NCBI GenBank assembly: GCA_965116655.1
Contig: OZ220720.1
Location: forward strand, 892,338 to 956,337
Reading direction: 5' to 3'
DNA length: 64,000 nucleotides
DNA from: Dehalococcoidia bacterium
GTDB lineage: Bacteria > Chloroflexota > Dehalococcoidia > Lucifugimonadales > VXLM01
Part shown: positions 25,560 to 34,644 of the stretch, piece after piece
How the letters are laid out: every line of letters begins with the position of its first letter
Numbering within the stretch: position 1 is the stretch's first letter
Position numbers and translations under genes: made by a program
Notes under the pieces: model-generated
What the model saw: the letters and a program-made list of their open reading frames with translations, nothing else
Database searches by the model: none
What the model was told of the DNA's origin: nothing

Positions 25560-28175
25560 TTACACCCCTATTATAACATCGCGGGACTTGGAGCCGTCGC
25601 TTGGGCCGACGATGCCTTCTTCCTCAAGCTGATCCATGAGGCGGGCGGCTCTCGGGTAGCCGATCCGAAGGCGGCGTTGGAGCAGTGAGGTGGATATCTT
25701 CTTCTGGCGAGTGGCGAGCTCGATGGCCTTGTCCATCATGTCGTCTCGGCCTTCGATGTCCTCGGCATCGTCGTCGGTGTCGTCCGACTCGACTCCTCCG
25801 ACGGGTTCGAGGTTTATATCGGCCATAGGGCCGCGAGGCGTCGACTTCCAGAACATGACGAGGTTTTCGATTTCCTGGTCGGAGATGAACACGCCCTGGA
25901 CACGCTCCGGCCTGGACATGTCCACGCTCTGGTAGAGCATGTCTCCCTTGCCCAGAAGCTTTTCCGCGCCCGCGGTATCGAGGATGGTGCGCGAGTCGAC
26001 CTGCGAGGTAAGCGCAAAGCTCACGCGGCTCGGGAAGTTGGCCTTGATGAGGCCGGTCAGCACGTCGACCGACGGGCGCTGTGTGGCCACGATGAGGTGT
26101 ATCCCCGTCGCGCGTCCAAGCTGTGCCAGCCTGCAGAGCGCCTGCTCGACATCGACCGACGCGGTCATCATCAGGTCGGCAAGCTCGTCGACGGCGACGA
26201 CGAGATACGGCATACGGTCGGGCGACTTCCTGTTGTAGCTGTCGATATTGCGGACCCCGATCTCCTCCATCCGGCGGTAGCGGTCCATCATCTCGCGTAT
26301 GAGGCCGCGCAGGAGGCTGACGACCTGGTCGGTCTCTACGACGACCGGCGTGAGAAGGTGCGGGATGCCGTTGTACGGTGTGAGCTCGACGCGCTTGGGG
26401 TCGATCAGCAGAAGTCGCAACTCAGACGGGTCCTTCTCGATGAGCAGGCAGGAAATGATCGTGTTGACGAACACGCTCTTGCCGCTGCCGGTCGAACCGG
26501 CCACGAGGAGGTGCGGCATTTTGGCGAGGTCGATGTTGACGGTCTCGCCGCTGCCGCCCTTGCCGATTGCGACGGGCAGCTTGGCCTTCTTGCGCATATT
26601 CTCGAACTCGCGGTCCTGCATGACGTTTCGGAGCGTGACGAGGGCAGGGTTAGGATTCGGCACCTCGACGCCGACGAGCGACTTGCCCATGACCGGAGTC
26701 TCGATACGAATGCTGGGAGTCCTGAGCGCTAGTGAGAGATCCTTCTCCCTGGCGGTGATGGCGTCGACCTTGACCCTCGTCTTGGTCTCCACGCGGGTCT
26801 TCATCTGTCTGCCCTTTTCGTCGAGCTTGGGCCTGCCGTCGGCGTCCGTGACGTTGACCTGCTTCTGCCGGCGGATCCATCCGGGAACGAGTCCGTACAT
26901 CGTTACCGTCGGGCCGGGCTGGGCGTCCTCGACCTCGACCTCGACTCCGTAGTGTCCGAGGGTCTCTCGGATGGTGTGGGCGGTCTCGTTCATCTCTTCC
27001 TGCGTGATTCCACCCTCGTTGGCGTCTACGAACATGGAGAGCGACGGCTTCTTCCACGAGGCGGCGCCCATCACGGCCTGCATCATGGACATCACTCTGC
27101 CGTTGCCGCCATTCGAGCCGGGGCCGGACTCATGGGCGGCCCCGTTTTCGGAATCGGGCCCTCCACTGCCCCAAAGCCTGTTGAACTTCCTGCCCGACGC
27201 ATCGTGGTCGTCAGCGTCCGGCAGGGGTTGGTCCATCATGTCGTCCTCTGCAGCACCGTTGCCATTCTCGGCGTCGTGGACGGGATCGGGGGCAAAGGCG
27301 CTCCGGCGTTCCGGATGCTTGGACTGGGCGAGGTATGCGGGCAATCCATTAAGCCCCGCATCTATGGGGTGCTCAAGCGATTCAATCGACTCCTCCTCGA
27401 CGGGAGACTCAACGGAGTCGTCGAGGTCGGGTTCCGGGTACTCGGAACGAGGCTCCCAAGCGGACGTTGGAGAAACCCTCTCGCGGAACTCCTGCATCTC
27501 CATCGTCTGTCGGAGGGACTCGCTCCAGCGGCCTTGCGAGGGTGACTCTGAAGGGGATGTCGGTTTCGATTTGTCGGACTTCGGGCTTGCCTTGAACATG
27601 CGGCCGACGGCTCCGCCGACGCTCATCGCCAGAATGTACATTCCAAAGAAAGCGCTGCCCAACAGGGAGAGGGCGCGCAGCGCGAGACCGGGCGCGACGA
27701 TTGCCACGGCGACGGCCAAGACCGCGGCGACTCTCAGGACGCCGAGCCAGACTATCTCGCCGGCTATGGCGTAGCCGACCGCGCCTCCGAGGGTAACGTC
27801 CCCCTCCAGCGTGAAGCGGGCGAGAGGGCCTTGGAACGGGGCAAAGAACGAGAGGACTCCAAGAAGGAAGGCAACCAGGAAGGGCGATGCGAGCCACAGG
27901 CGATAGTGTCGGAACAGCGATTGATGGACGAAGATGGCGAACGTAAACACGACCAACCACAGCGCGACCACAACGACGCCGAGGCCCAGGCTCGAAATGA
28001 TACTCTCTTCTATCGAGGCTGCGGTGAGCGAGATGGAGTCACGGTACCAGTAAGCAGCGCCGGCCGCAGCCACAAGCACCGTCAACAGGACGATCCTGGC
28101 GTGCCACGACGACAAGATCGAGCGGAGGAGCATCGAGGTCATGTTCGCGTTGCTAACGTCTTGCGCCATCGCCAC
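25560..28175 (-). CDS. ftsK: DNA translocase FtsK/SpoIIIE
   Basis: 871 aa: N-terminal TM helices, a long low-complexity linker, Walker A GSTGSGKSV, VVAVDELADLMM, IVATQRPSVDV, and a C-terminal winged-helix gamma domain. Confidence 0.93.
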   Translation of the reverse strand: MAMAQDVSNANMTSMLLRSILSSWHARIVLLTVLVAAAGAAYWYRDSISLTAASIEESIISSLGLGVVVVALWLVVFTFAIFVHQSLFRHYRLWLASPFLVAFLLGVLSFFAPFQGPLARFTLEGDVTLGGAVGYAIAGEIVWLGVLRVAAVLAVAVAIVAPGLALRALSLLGSAFFGMYILAMSVGGAVGRMFKASPKSDKSKPTSPSESPSQGRWSESLRQTMEMQEFRERVSPTSAWEPRSEYPEPDLDDSVESPVEEESIESLEHPIDAGLNGLPAYLAQSKHPERRSAFAPDPVHDAENGNGAAEDDMMDQPLPDADDHDASGRKFNRLWGSGGPDSENGAAHESGPGSNGGNGRVMSMMQAVMGAASWKKPSLSMFVDANEGGITQEEMNETAHTIRETLGHYGVEVEVEDAQPGPTVTMYGLVPGWIRRQKQVNVTDADGRPKLDEKGRQMKTRVETKTRVKVDAITAREKDLSLALRTPSIRIETPVMGKSLVGVEVPNPNPALVTLRNVMQDREFENMRKKAKLPVAIGKGGSGETVNIDLAKMPHLLVAGSTGSGKSVFVNTIISCLLIEKDPSELRLLLIDPKRVELTPYNGIPHLLTPVVVETDQVVSLLRGLIREMMDRYRRMEEIGVRNIDSYNRKSPDRMPYLVVAVDELADLMMTASVDVEQALCRLAQLGRATGIHLIVATQRPSVDVLTGLIKANFPSRVSFALTSQVDSRTILDTAGAEKLLGKGDMLYQSVDMSRPERVQGVFISDQEIENLVMFWKSTPRGPMADINLEPVGGVESDDTDDDAEDIEGRDDMMDKAIELATRQKKISTSLLQRRLRIGYPRAARLMDQLEEEGIVGPSDGSKSRDVIIGV

Positions 28176-28393
28176 ACCACCGGAAAAGAGTATTTGCTTC
28201 GCGTACCGGGTATAAGGCCGGACGCTCGGCTATCCGACCTTATTTTAAACTATTTCCCGAATTTTTCTAGTCTTTTGGCGAGTGTTTCATGGGCGAATGA
28301 CGGCCTTGAATGACACGAGGCGCAGAACGGGAGGGGTTATTGTCGGATCGACGGGGGGAGGGTTACGGCAGTGCTGGAAGCGGGTGTTAGGGG

Positions 28394-29332
28394 CTACGGA
28401 TAGGCGTCACGGTAGCCAGTGCGGTCCGCAGTGGGAAGGAAGAAATAGAGGCTCTGGACCTTGCCGCCATCATCGACATACCACGTGTAGCTTCCACGAT
28501 TTTGGGTAGGTGTTGCTTCGGTCGTGTCGGTACTGCTTGGACCACCAACACATTCACGATCGTGATCAATGGACGCTGATTCGGGGATATCCTCGATGAA
28601 CCCGCCCCTTACCAGCACGCAGAAGTCGATCAGGTAATCTCGGCTGTTGATGATGATGCAGCCCGTTTCGATGTCTGGATTGCACTCGGTACCCTGCTTA
28701 GATACCACATCCGCCAGCCAGTGGTCTGACTGTTCTTCGGAGTCTCGATCATCGCTATCGGTGTCACTTGCAGCTTCGCCATCGGGAGGACAGTACAGCA
28801 ATCCCCTGTCGCGCGACGGGTCGTTCCTCACACCATCGAGGTTGGCGCCAGTGCCTTCCTTCCAGATGGGAGTGCCGCCTCGCGTGCCGAGCACAGGATG
28901 TGGCGGCAGCAACGATTTGTCGGCCAGATACCTATCGTCATATTCAAACTTGATTGGATCATCCGCATTGTTGCCATCGCACATCTCTAAGTGTCGGCGC
29001 GCGTGGGTCTCGGCGAAACCGCGGTCGTCCGTTGCGGGATCCTGATTTCGTTTGCCCATGATGGGATACTGGCGTACATTGTTGAACCGTTCGTTGCCGG
29101 GGCTGTAGTAATAGGCGTCTACGGCGAGTTGAATGATCCTGCGGTCGGCCTCGTAGGCCTGCTCCCTGGAGCTTTCGAGGAACCCTCTGATCGTGGGGAT
29201 GGCAATGGCTATGAGGATGCCGAGGATGGCGATGACGACGATGAGCTCGATGAGAGTGAAGCCTTCACCGGAATTCGCTACTCGGTGCAGTGCCTGACGA
29301 GCGGCACTTTGTATGCGGTGCATGAAACGCAT
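28394..29332 (-). CDS. type IV pilin-like / pseudopilin protein with prepilin N-terminal methylation motif
   Basis: The start is trimmed to ATG 29332. The sequence MRFMHRIQSAARQALHRVANSGEG then FTLIELIVVIAILGILIAIAIP is a class III signal. A Cys- and Asp-rich domain of about 290 aa follows. The track's longer N-terminal extension overlaps rnj and is rejected. Confidence 0.75.
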   Translation of the reverse strand: MRFMHRIQSAARQALHRVANSGEGFTLIELIVVIAILGILIAIAIPTIRGFLESSREQAYEADRRIIQLAVDAYYYSPGNERFNNVRQYPIMGKRNQDPATDDRGFAETHARRHLEMCDGNNADDPIKFEYDDRYLADKSLLPPHPVLGTRGGTPIWKEGTGANLDGVRNDPSRDRGLLYCPPDGEAASDTDSDDRDSEEQSDHWLADVVSKQGTECNPDIETGCIIINSRDYLIDFCVLVRGGFIEDIPESASIDHDRECVGGPSSTDTTEATPTQNRGSYTWYVDDGGKVQSLYFFLPTADRTGYRDAYP

Positions 29333-29334
29333 TA

Positions 29335-30993
29335 TCACACAAGCTCCGTTTGAACGATGATGGTTGGACGCATACGAGTCTCGTCGTAGAGATACTTCGA
29401 TAGGGCTCGCTTGATCCTCGGTTCGATCTTGCCGTTTCGGCGCTCGCTGCCATTGAGCTCGTCGAGGGCGTCGAGGACGATCTCCGAGGCTTCTTCGAGG
29501 ACACCGTCGGACCCGTTCATGTCCAGGAAGCCTGACGACTTGACAAGGGGATGACTGAGAAAATCTCCAGTCTCCTTGTCGATGGTTACCGTGAGGGTCA
29601 CGACACCGTCGCTGGCAAGCCTCCTGCGCTCGTCGAGGACCTTGCTCGTGTCGTCCCAACGCCGGTGGCCGTCCACGTAGACGTGGCCCGCGGGGACGTC
29701 GTCGATCACCTCGCCGTAGTCTTCCCAGAGCGCTAGCACCTCACCGTCCTCCAGCACGAAGGCGTTTTCGGGAGGGACGCCGACCGAGACGGCCAGATCG
29801 GCGTGCGCGACGAGATGGCGGTACTCTCCGTGCACGGGAACGAAGAATCTCGGCTTGACGAGGCTGAGCATCATCTTCAGTTCCTCGCGGCTCGCGTGTC
29901 CGTGCACGTGAACCATGGCGACGCGGCTGTAGAGGACCTTCGCGCCCTGCCGGAGAAGATTGTCGATGGTGCGGGCGACGAGAGTCTCGTTTCCGGGAAT
30001 CGGGGACGCGGATACGATGACGGTGTCACCTTCTTCGATCTCGACGTCCTGGTGCTCGCCGTTGGCGATACGCACGAGGGCCGAGGTCGGCTCGCCCTGA
30101 GCGCCGGTCGCGATGATGACCACCTGATGGTGGGGCAGCTTTCTGGCCTCGTTCATCGAGACTAGGGTATCGTCAGGAACACGGAGATAGCCCAGGTTCC
30201 GTGCCATCTTCACGTTGTTGACCATACTCCGTCCGACGACGGTGACCTTGCGGTCGTATTGAACGGCGGCGTCGATGACCTGCTGGACGCGAGAGATCAG
30301 GGAGGCGAAGGTGGCGACCATCACGCGGCCGGGGGCCTGCGCGATCTCGCGGTCGAGGGTCTCGCCGACCACACGCTCGGACGGTGTATAACCTTCGACT
30401 TCCGCGTAGGTGGAGTCGGAGCACAGGAGCAGGACGCCCTCTTCAGCCATCCTTGCAAGCGCGGAGAAGTCGGTACCCTTCCCGTCTTCGGGTGTGTGGT
30501 CGACCTTGAAGTCGCCGGTGTGAATGACAAGTCCGAGAGGTGTCCTGACCGCGATGCCCATGGCGTCGGGTATGGAGTGGCACACGCGGAAGAACTCGAC
30601 ACCGAGCTTACCTATGGTGAACGGCTCGTGGGGCTGGACGACGTTCAGCCGCGCGTCGGCGAGTCGTCCGTGCTCCCGCAGCTTCACGGTGATGAGTCCG
30701 TGCGTCAGGCGCGAAGAGTAGATGGGCACGTCGATTTGGTCGAGGACATAGGGCAGAGCGCCGATGTGGTCCTCGTGTCCGTGCGTAATCAGAATCGCCT
30801 TGACCTTGTCGGCGTTCTCGACGAGATAGGAGACGTCGGGGATGACGAAGTCGACGCCGGGCATGTTCTCTTCGGGGAACAGGACGCCCGAGTCGATGAC
30901 GACGGCCTCGTCCCCGTACTCGAGGACCATCATGTTCTTGCCGATCTCGCCGAGGCCGCCCAGCGGGATCACGCGCAGAGGAATGTCGTTCAT
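29335..30993 (-). CDS. rnj: ribonuclease J
   Basis: 552 aa: LGGLGEIGKNMMVLEY, ILITHGHEDHIGALPY, and beta-CASP plus C-terminal domains. Confidence 0.92.
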   Translation of the reverse strand: MNDIPLRVIPLGGLGEIGKNMMVLEYGDEAVVIDSGVLFPEENMPGVDFVIPDVSYLVENADKVKAILITHGHEDHIGALPYVLDQIDVPIYSSRLTHGLITVKLREHGRLADARLNVVQPHEPFTIGKLGVEFFRVCHSIPDAMGIAVRTPLGLVIHTGDFKVDHTPEDGKGTDFSALARMAEEGVLLLCSDSTYAEVEGYTPSERVVGETLDREIAQAPGRVMVATFASLISRVQQVIDAAVQYDRKVTVVGRSMVNNVKMARNLGYLRVPDDTLVSMNEARKLPHHQVVIIATGAQGEPTSALVRIANGEHQDVEIEEGDTVIVSASPIPGNETLVARTIDNLLRQGAKVLYSRVAMVHVHGHASREELKMMLSLVKPRFFVPVHGEYRHLVAHADLAVSVGVPPENAFVLEDGEVLALWEDYGEVIDDVPAGHVYVDGHRRWDDTSKVLDERRRLASDGVVTLTVTIDKETGDFLSHPLVKSSGFLDMNGSDGVLEEASEIVLDALDELNGSERRNGKIEPRIKRALSKYLYDETRMRPTIIVQTELV

Positions 30994-31109
30994 CTAGGAG
31001 GTTTCTCTTCCGGAGGAAATAGGGGCCACGTATCCCATTCTACTAGAACGACGGTGTACGGGTAAGGGTTTTCATGATGTCGCAAACGGGGCATTTGCGC
31101 GGCGCAGGG

Positions 31110-31856
31110 CTAGAAGAGGCCGAGCTGCTTCTGATCGGGGGGTGTCTCGTCTGGGGGCTCAGCGACGGACTCTTCGGGCGATGCGGCGGGAGGTTGGGAC
31201 GGCGGCGAGTCGAGGAGTCCCAGCTGTGCGGTCTGCGGCTCCGGGGGTGGGGGCGCAGAAGGCGTCGTTGCGGGCATGGACTCCAGCAGGCTAGGGAGCT
31301 TGAGGAAGTCGCGTTCGAGGGCGGCGCGGATGGTGGAATTCCGCAGGGCGGCGGCGGGATGGTACATCGGGTAGATGGTGATACCGTTCCAGCTTGCGGG
31401 TGTGCCTCGCAGCTTGCCGATGGGCTCGTCGGGGAAGAACTTCGCCGTGGAGTACCTGCCCAGGGTTACGATCACCTTGGGCGAGATCAGCTCGATCTGC
31501 CTATCGAGATAGGGGCCGCAGGACCTGATCTCGATGGGGAGCGGGTCGCGGTTGTTGGGCGCGCGGCACTTGATCATGTTGGTGACGAACACGTCTTCGC
31601 GTCTGAGGCCAATGGTCCCCAGCATCTCGTTGAGAAGCTGGCCCGCCCGCCCGACGAACGGGAGGCCCTGCTGGTCTTCGTAATAGCCCGGCCCTTCGCC
31701 GATGAACATCAGGTCGGACGCGCGGGAGCCGTTTCCCGGCACGGCCATCGTCCTCTTGGAGCCGAGCGTGCAGAGGGTGCAGCCGTTGATGAGGCGGTCT
31801 ATCTCGTCGAGGTCTGCGGTTGGGATGTTGTCGCTCATGTCGAATTCCCGGCGCAT
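31110..31856 (-). CDS. udg: family 4 uracil-DNA glycosylase with Pro-rich C-terminal tail
   Basis: 248 aa: CTLCTLGSKRTMAVPGNG......MFIGEGPGYYEDQQGLPFVGRAGQLLN and HPAAALRN. The tail ends ...PPDQKQLGLF. Confidence 0.85.
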   Translation of the reverse strand: MRREFDMSDNIPTADLDEIDRLINGCTLCTLGSKRTMAVPGNGSRASDLMFIGEGPGYYEDQQGLPFVGRAGQLLNEMLGTIGLRREDVFVTNMIKCRAPNNRDPLPIEIRSCGPYLDRQIELISPKVIVTLGRYSTAKFFPDEPIGKLRGTPASWNGITIYPMYHPAAALRNSTIRAALERDFLKLPSLLESMPATTPSAPPPPEPQTAQLGLLDSPPSQPPAASPEESVAEPPDETPPDQKQLGLF

Positions 31857-31908
31857 GGTAGCAACGGGATCGAGGCAACGTCAATCGAGCGGTTTCCAGT
31901 GTACCCGT

Positions 31909-32208
31909 TTACTCCAACGGCGCGGGGCAGTTTTCAGGAGTTTCGCATTGCAGGAAAGGCGGTTCTTCGGTGGCAGTCCCGCTTACCAGCACGTAGACTG
32001 TGACCATCACGCCAACGACCACTGCAACTGTGAACAGTGCCAGCACCAAGCTACGCACTCTCCCAATGCCGCGCGTATGGACACGATGCGCGTTCGCCTG
32101 AGCCCGCTCCGCTTCCACCAATCGGGCTTCGTACCTTTGGACGCTCTCTTCGAGGCCCTCTTCGAGCCGCCGTTGAGTGTCGGAATGGTAGTCATGATTC
32201 TGTATCAT
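31909..32208 (-). CDS. hypothetical small single-pass membrane protein
   Basis: 99 aa with a charged coiled-coil-like N-terminus and one TM helix, LVLALFTVAVVVGVMVTVYVLV. Confidence 0.35.
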   Translation of the reverse strand: MIQNHDYHSDTQRRLEEGLEESVQRYEARLVEAERAQANAHRVHTRGIGRVRSLVLALFTVAVVVGVMVTVYVLVSGTATEEPPFLQCETPENCPAPLE

Positions 32209-32244
32209 GGCTCCGCCCTTCTTTCAGATGAGCACTGTGCCTGT

Positions 32245-33135
32245 CTATGCGCCGCCGACGGCCAGATTGGCGGCTTTCAGGGTATTGCGGAGGAGCATGG
32301 CGATGGTCATGGGGCCGACGCCGCCGGGCACGGGGGTGATGGCCGACGCCTTTTCGGATACGGCGTCGAAGTCGACGTCGCCGACGAGACGGTAGCCACG
32401 CCTGCGCTCCGGGGCGTCGATGCGATTGATGCCGACGTCGATGATGACCGCGCCGTCCTTGACCATGTCGCTCGTGATGTAATGGGGTCGTCCGATGGCT
32501 GCTATGAGGATGTCGGCCTGGCGGGTGATCGAAGGCATGTCGGTGGTGCGGGAGTGGCAGACGGTGACGGTGGCGTCCGCGCCGGACTGCTTCTGCATGA
32601 GGATGGAGGCGACGGGCTTGCCGACGATCTCGCTGCGGCCGACGACGACGACGAGCTTGCCGGCGGGGTCGTGGCCGTCGCGGATGAGCATCTCGCGGAT
32701 GCCGGCGGGAGTCGCGGGCGCGAACCGTTCGCGGCCCTGGGACAGCAAGCCGACGTTGAAGGGGTGGAGGGCATCCACGTCCTTCAGGGGGTCGATGGTC
32801 TCGATGACGGGATACTGATCGAGGTGATCGGGCAAGGGAAGCTGTACGAGGATGCCGTGGACGTTCGGGTCTTCGCCAAGCCGTCGCACTTCCGCTATGA
32901 GGGCATCCTGAGTCGTCGACGCGGGCATCGTCACATCGCTGGTGGTCATCCCCGCCTCGGCGGCGGCGCGGTGCTTGTTGCGGACGTAGACCCTGGAAGC
33001 GGGGTCTTCGCCGACAAGGACGACGGCCAAGTGCGGCACGAAGGCATGTTGTTCGGAAAATGCCCTGACCTCTTCACCCACCTCGGCCCGGACGTCGGCC
33101 GCAATCTTCGCCCCGTCGATGATGTTCGCGCTCAC
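32245..33135 (-). CDS. folD: bifunctional methylenetetrahydrofolate dehydrogenase/cyclohydrolase
   Basis: 296 aa with a GTG start after GGGAGG: HLAVVLVGEDPASRVYVRNK, VVVGRSEIVGKPVA and ITPVPGGVGPMTIAML. Confidence 0.93.
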   Translation of the reverse strand: MSANIIDGAKIAADVRAEVGEEVRAFSEQHAFVPHLAVVLVGEDPASRVYVRNKHRAAAEAGMTTSDVTMPASTTQDALIAEVRRLGEDPNVHGILVQLPLPDHLDQYPVIETIDPLKDVDALHPFNVGLLSQGRERFAPATPAGIREMLIRDGHDPAGKLVVVVGRSEIVGKPVASILMQKQSGADATVTVCHSRTTDMPSITRQADILIAAIGRPHYITSDMVKDGAVIIDVGINRIDAPERRRGYRLVGDVDFDAVSEKASAITPVPGGVGPMTIAMLLRNTLKAANLAVGGA

Positions 33136-33288
33136 GTGTCCTCCCGTTTAGGTCGCAGTTGCTGTTCTAGGTGCGATTGTAACATGGGCGTAATCGGTGT
33201 CTCTCCGGGGTTGAGATCGTGGGGCAGATTGCACTGCAGGGCGGGTCCGGGCGGCAATCCTGCAACTACGGAGGCATTTTCGTAAATT

Positions 33289-33345
33289 TGTGGCATGGTG
33301 TGACATTCTGTGGCATTTTTCTCGTTATTGTAAAGTTGGGCGGAT
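33289..33345. repeat. phased-octamer module copy (TGTGGCAT / TGTGACAT / TGTGGCAT plus CTCGTTATTGTAAAGTT)
   Basis: Octamers start at 33289, 33299 and 33309. The module is about 85% identical to 12255-12320. Confidence 0.7.
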
Positions 33346-33417
33346 GGGCCAGATGACCGATGGGATGCAGGATGGAGTGGGAAGAATACTTGTGCATCCG
33401 AAATTTCTTCGTATATC

Positions 33418-33475
33418 TGTGCCATTTTGGGCCATTCTGTGCCATTTCCCCCTTGTCTTAAGGTTGGACGGCGGA
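33418..33475. repeat. phased-octamer module, diverged copy (TGTGCCAT / TGGGCCAT / TGTGCCAT)
   Basis: Octamers start at 33418, 33428 and 33438. The downstream ...CATGTGTTCTTGTTTGTCAAATTGGGG parallels 12398-12421. Confidence 0.6.
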
Positions 33476-34020
33476 GAGCCGCCTGTGCATAGTGTGGTAC
33501 ATGTGTTCTTGTTTGTCAAATTGGGGAGAGCGAGGGAATTCTCCGCCGAGGGCGCGGAGATCGCGGAGGGGGGCGTTTTCGGAGGGTGTTTGCGAAGTCT
33601 GCGAAATCGTTCATGGTGAGCCCTTCGACAGGCTTTCAAGTAACTGCATAAAAATGCTCCATTTTGGCGGCAGTTACTGGAAGCGATGGAGGGCCGCACG
33701 GCGGCCAGAGTGGTCGGTGGTCATCTCACGGCGATAGAACAAGTATGCTGTACTGTCGGCCATGCGAGACGATTATGTTCGCGTAGAGGCTGACTTCATA
33801 GCTACGATTCCCGTAATTCTTGCTGTACTCGGCGCAGTTCTTGGAGAATCTGTCCCGCGCTGTAGGGCGGAGGAAGTTCTGACTCGTATTTTGAACAGCA
33901 ACTTACAAGTCGGAACGTTGACAGAGCGACAGCGTTTACTGGTGTGGGACTACTGCATGTCGGCTCTCGATCTTTGCAAACCTGAATGAACGTGATGGGT
34001 TCCATGTGAGCTCCTGAGTT

Positions 34021-34467
34021 TCAGGGAGTAGGAGTCGGTCGTGGGTACGGCGGCTCCTTGTCCTTCCAGACCAATTCGATCAATTGCCATCTACCGTATA
34101 TCCTACCGTCTGCCGTAGGAGTGTCCATAAACTGATTCACTCTGATGATATGGTGATAGCCTTGTTCCCACTCAAACCCTTTGACCCGCACGTCTTCCAA
34201 GTTCCAGTGCTCGCCGTTGACGACATAGCACATCTTGCCCGCGAAGCTGCACTTTTCAAGCTCAGGGCCGATGTACCATTCTCTGATCGTCTCTAGCGGC
34301 GGCAGTTCAGGGACAAAGTCGCAGTCGACACAAGGGTCTCTGCTTTCCTGCCAGTCTCGACACGCATTGACCACCACGAGACCCATGACGAGCAGAGCGA
34401 GGGCCAGGATGGGCAAGCACCACGCGAGAAACTTCGCGTGGTGCTTGTTGGTAGAGTTCATGTCCAT
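34021..34467 (-). CDS. DUF4377-like domain protein with N-terminal membrane anchor
   Basis: 148 aa with anchor FLAWCLPILALALLVMGLVVVNAC. The segment KMCYVVNGEHW......VKGFEWEQGYHHIIRV...........Y..W.L.E resembles DUF4377. It lies in a low-GC islet. Confidence 0.45.
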   Translation of the reverse strand: MDMNSTNKHHAKFLAWCLPILALALLVMGLVVVNACRDWQESRDPCVDCDFVPELPPLETIREWYIGPELEKCSFAGKMCYVVNGEHWNLEDVRVKGFEWEQGYHHIIRVNQFMDTPTADGRIYGRWQLIELVWKDKEPPYPRPTPTP

Positions 34468-34576
34468 GATGACGACCCCCGTTTGAAAGTGCTATCCATT
34501 GTAAGGCAGCAAGTTCAAACAACGACACTACCAGCAGATGGATGTCCGACGGTCGATTGAGGGATGGTGGGCCGCT

Positions 34577-34604
34577 TTCAATTGCTATGCGGCGCGACTA
34601 TAAT
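34577..34604 (+). promoter_or_regulatory. candidate promoter for metF
   Basis: TTCAAT (34577-82), a 16-nt spacer, then TATAAT (34599-604), about 40 nt upstream of the metF ATG. Confidence 0.35.
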
Positions 34605-34644
34605 TCCCGCGAGTCGAGGCGGAGGGTGAGCGTTCAGCCGCCCG

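Noticed and set aside
28394-29659. Track ORF start points that add long N-terminal extensions: 28394..29659, 37231..38511, 52736..53713, 58068..59114, 47464..48576, 42771..43685, 40184..40513, 5768..6061 and 22741..23544.
   Set aside because: The extensions are low-complexity, overlap neighbouring genes or repeats, and precede internal ATGs. Those internal ATGs have good Shine-Dalgarno sequences and family-typical N-termini, so the trimmed starts are reported instead.
33762-34005. Two mutually overlapping small ORFs in the low-GC islet (75 aa on the plus strand, 67 aa on the minus strand).
   Set aside because: Neither has a recognisable motif, a clear RBS or coding-type third-position GC. 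They cannot be distinguished from chance ORFs without comparative data.
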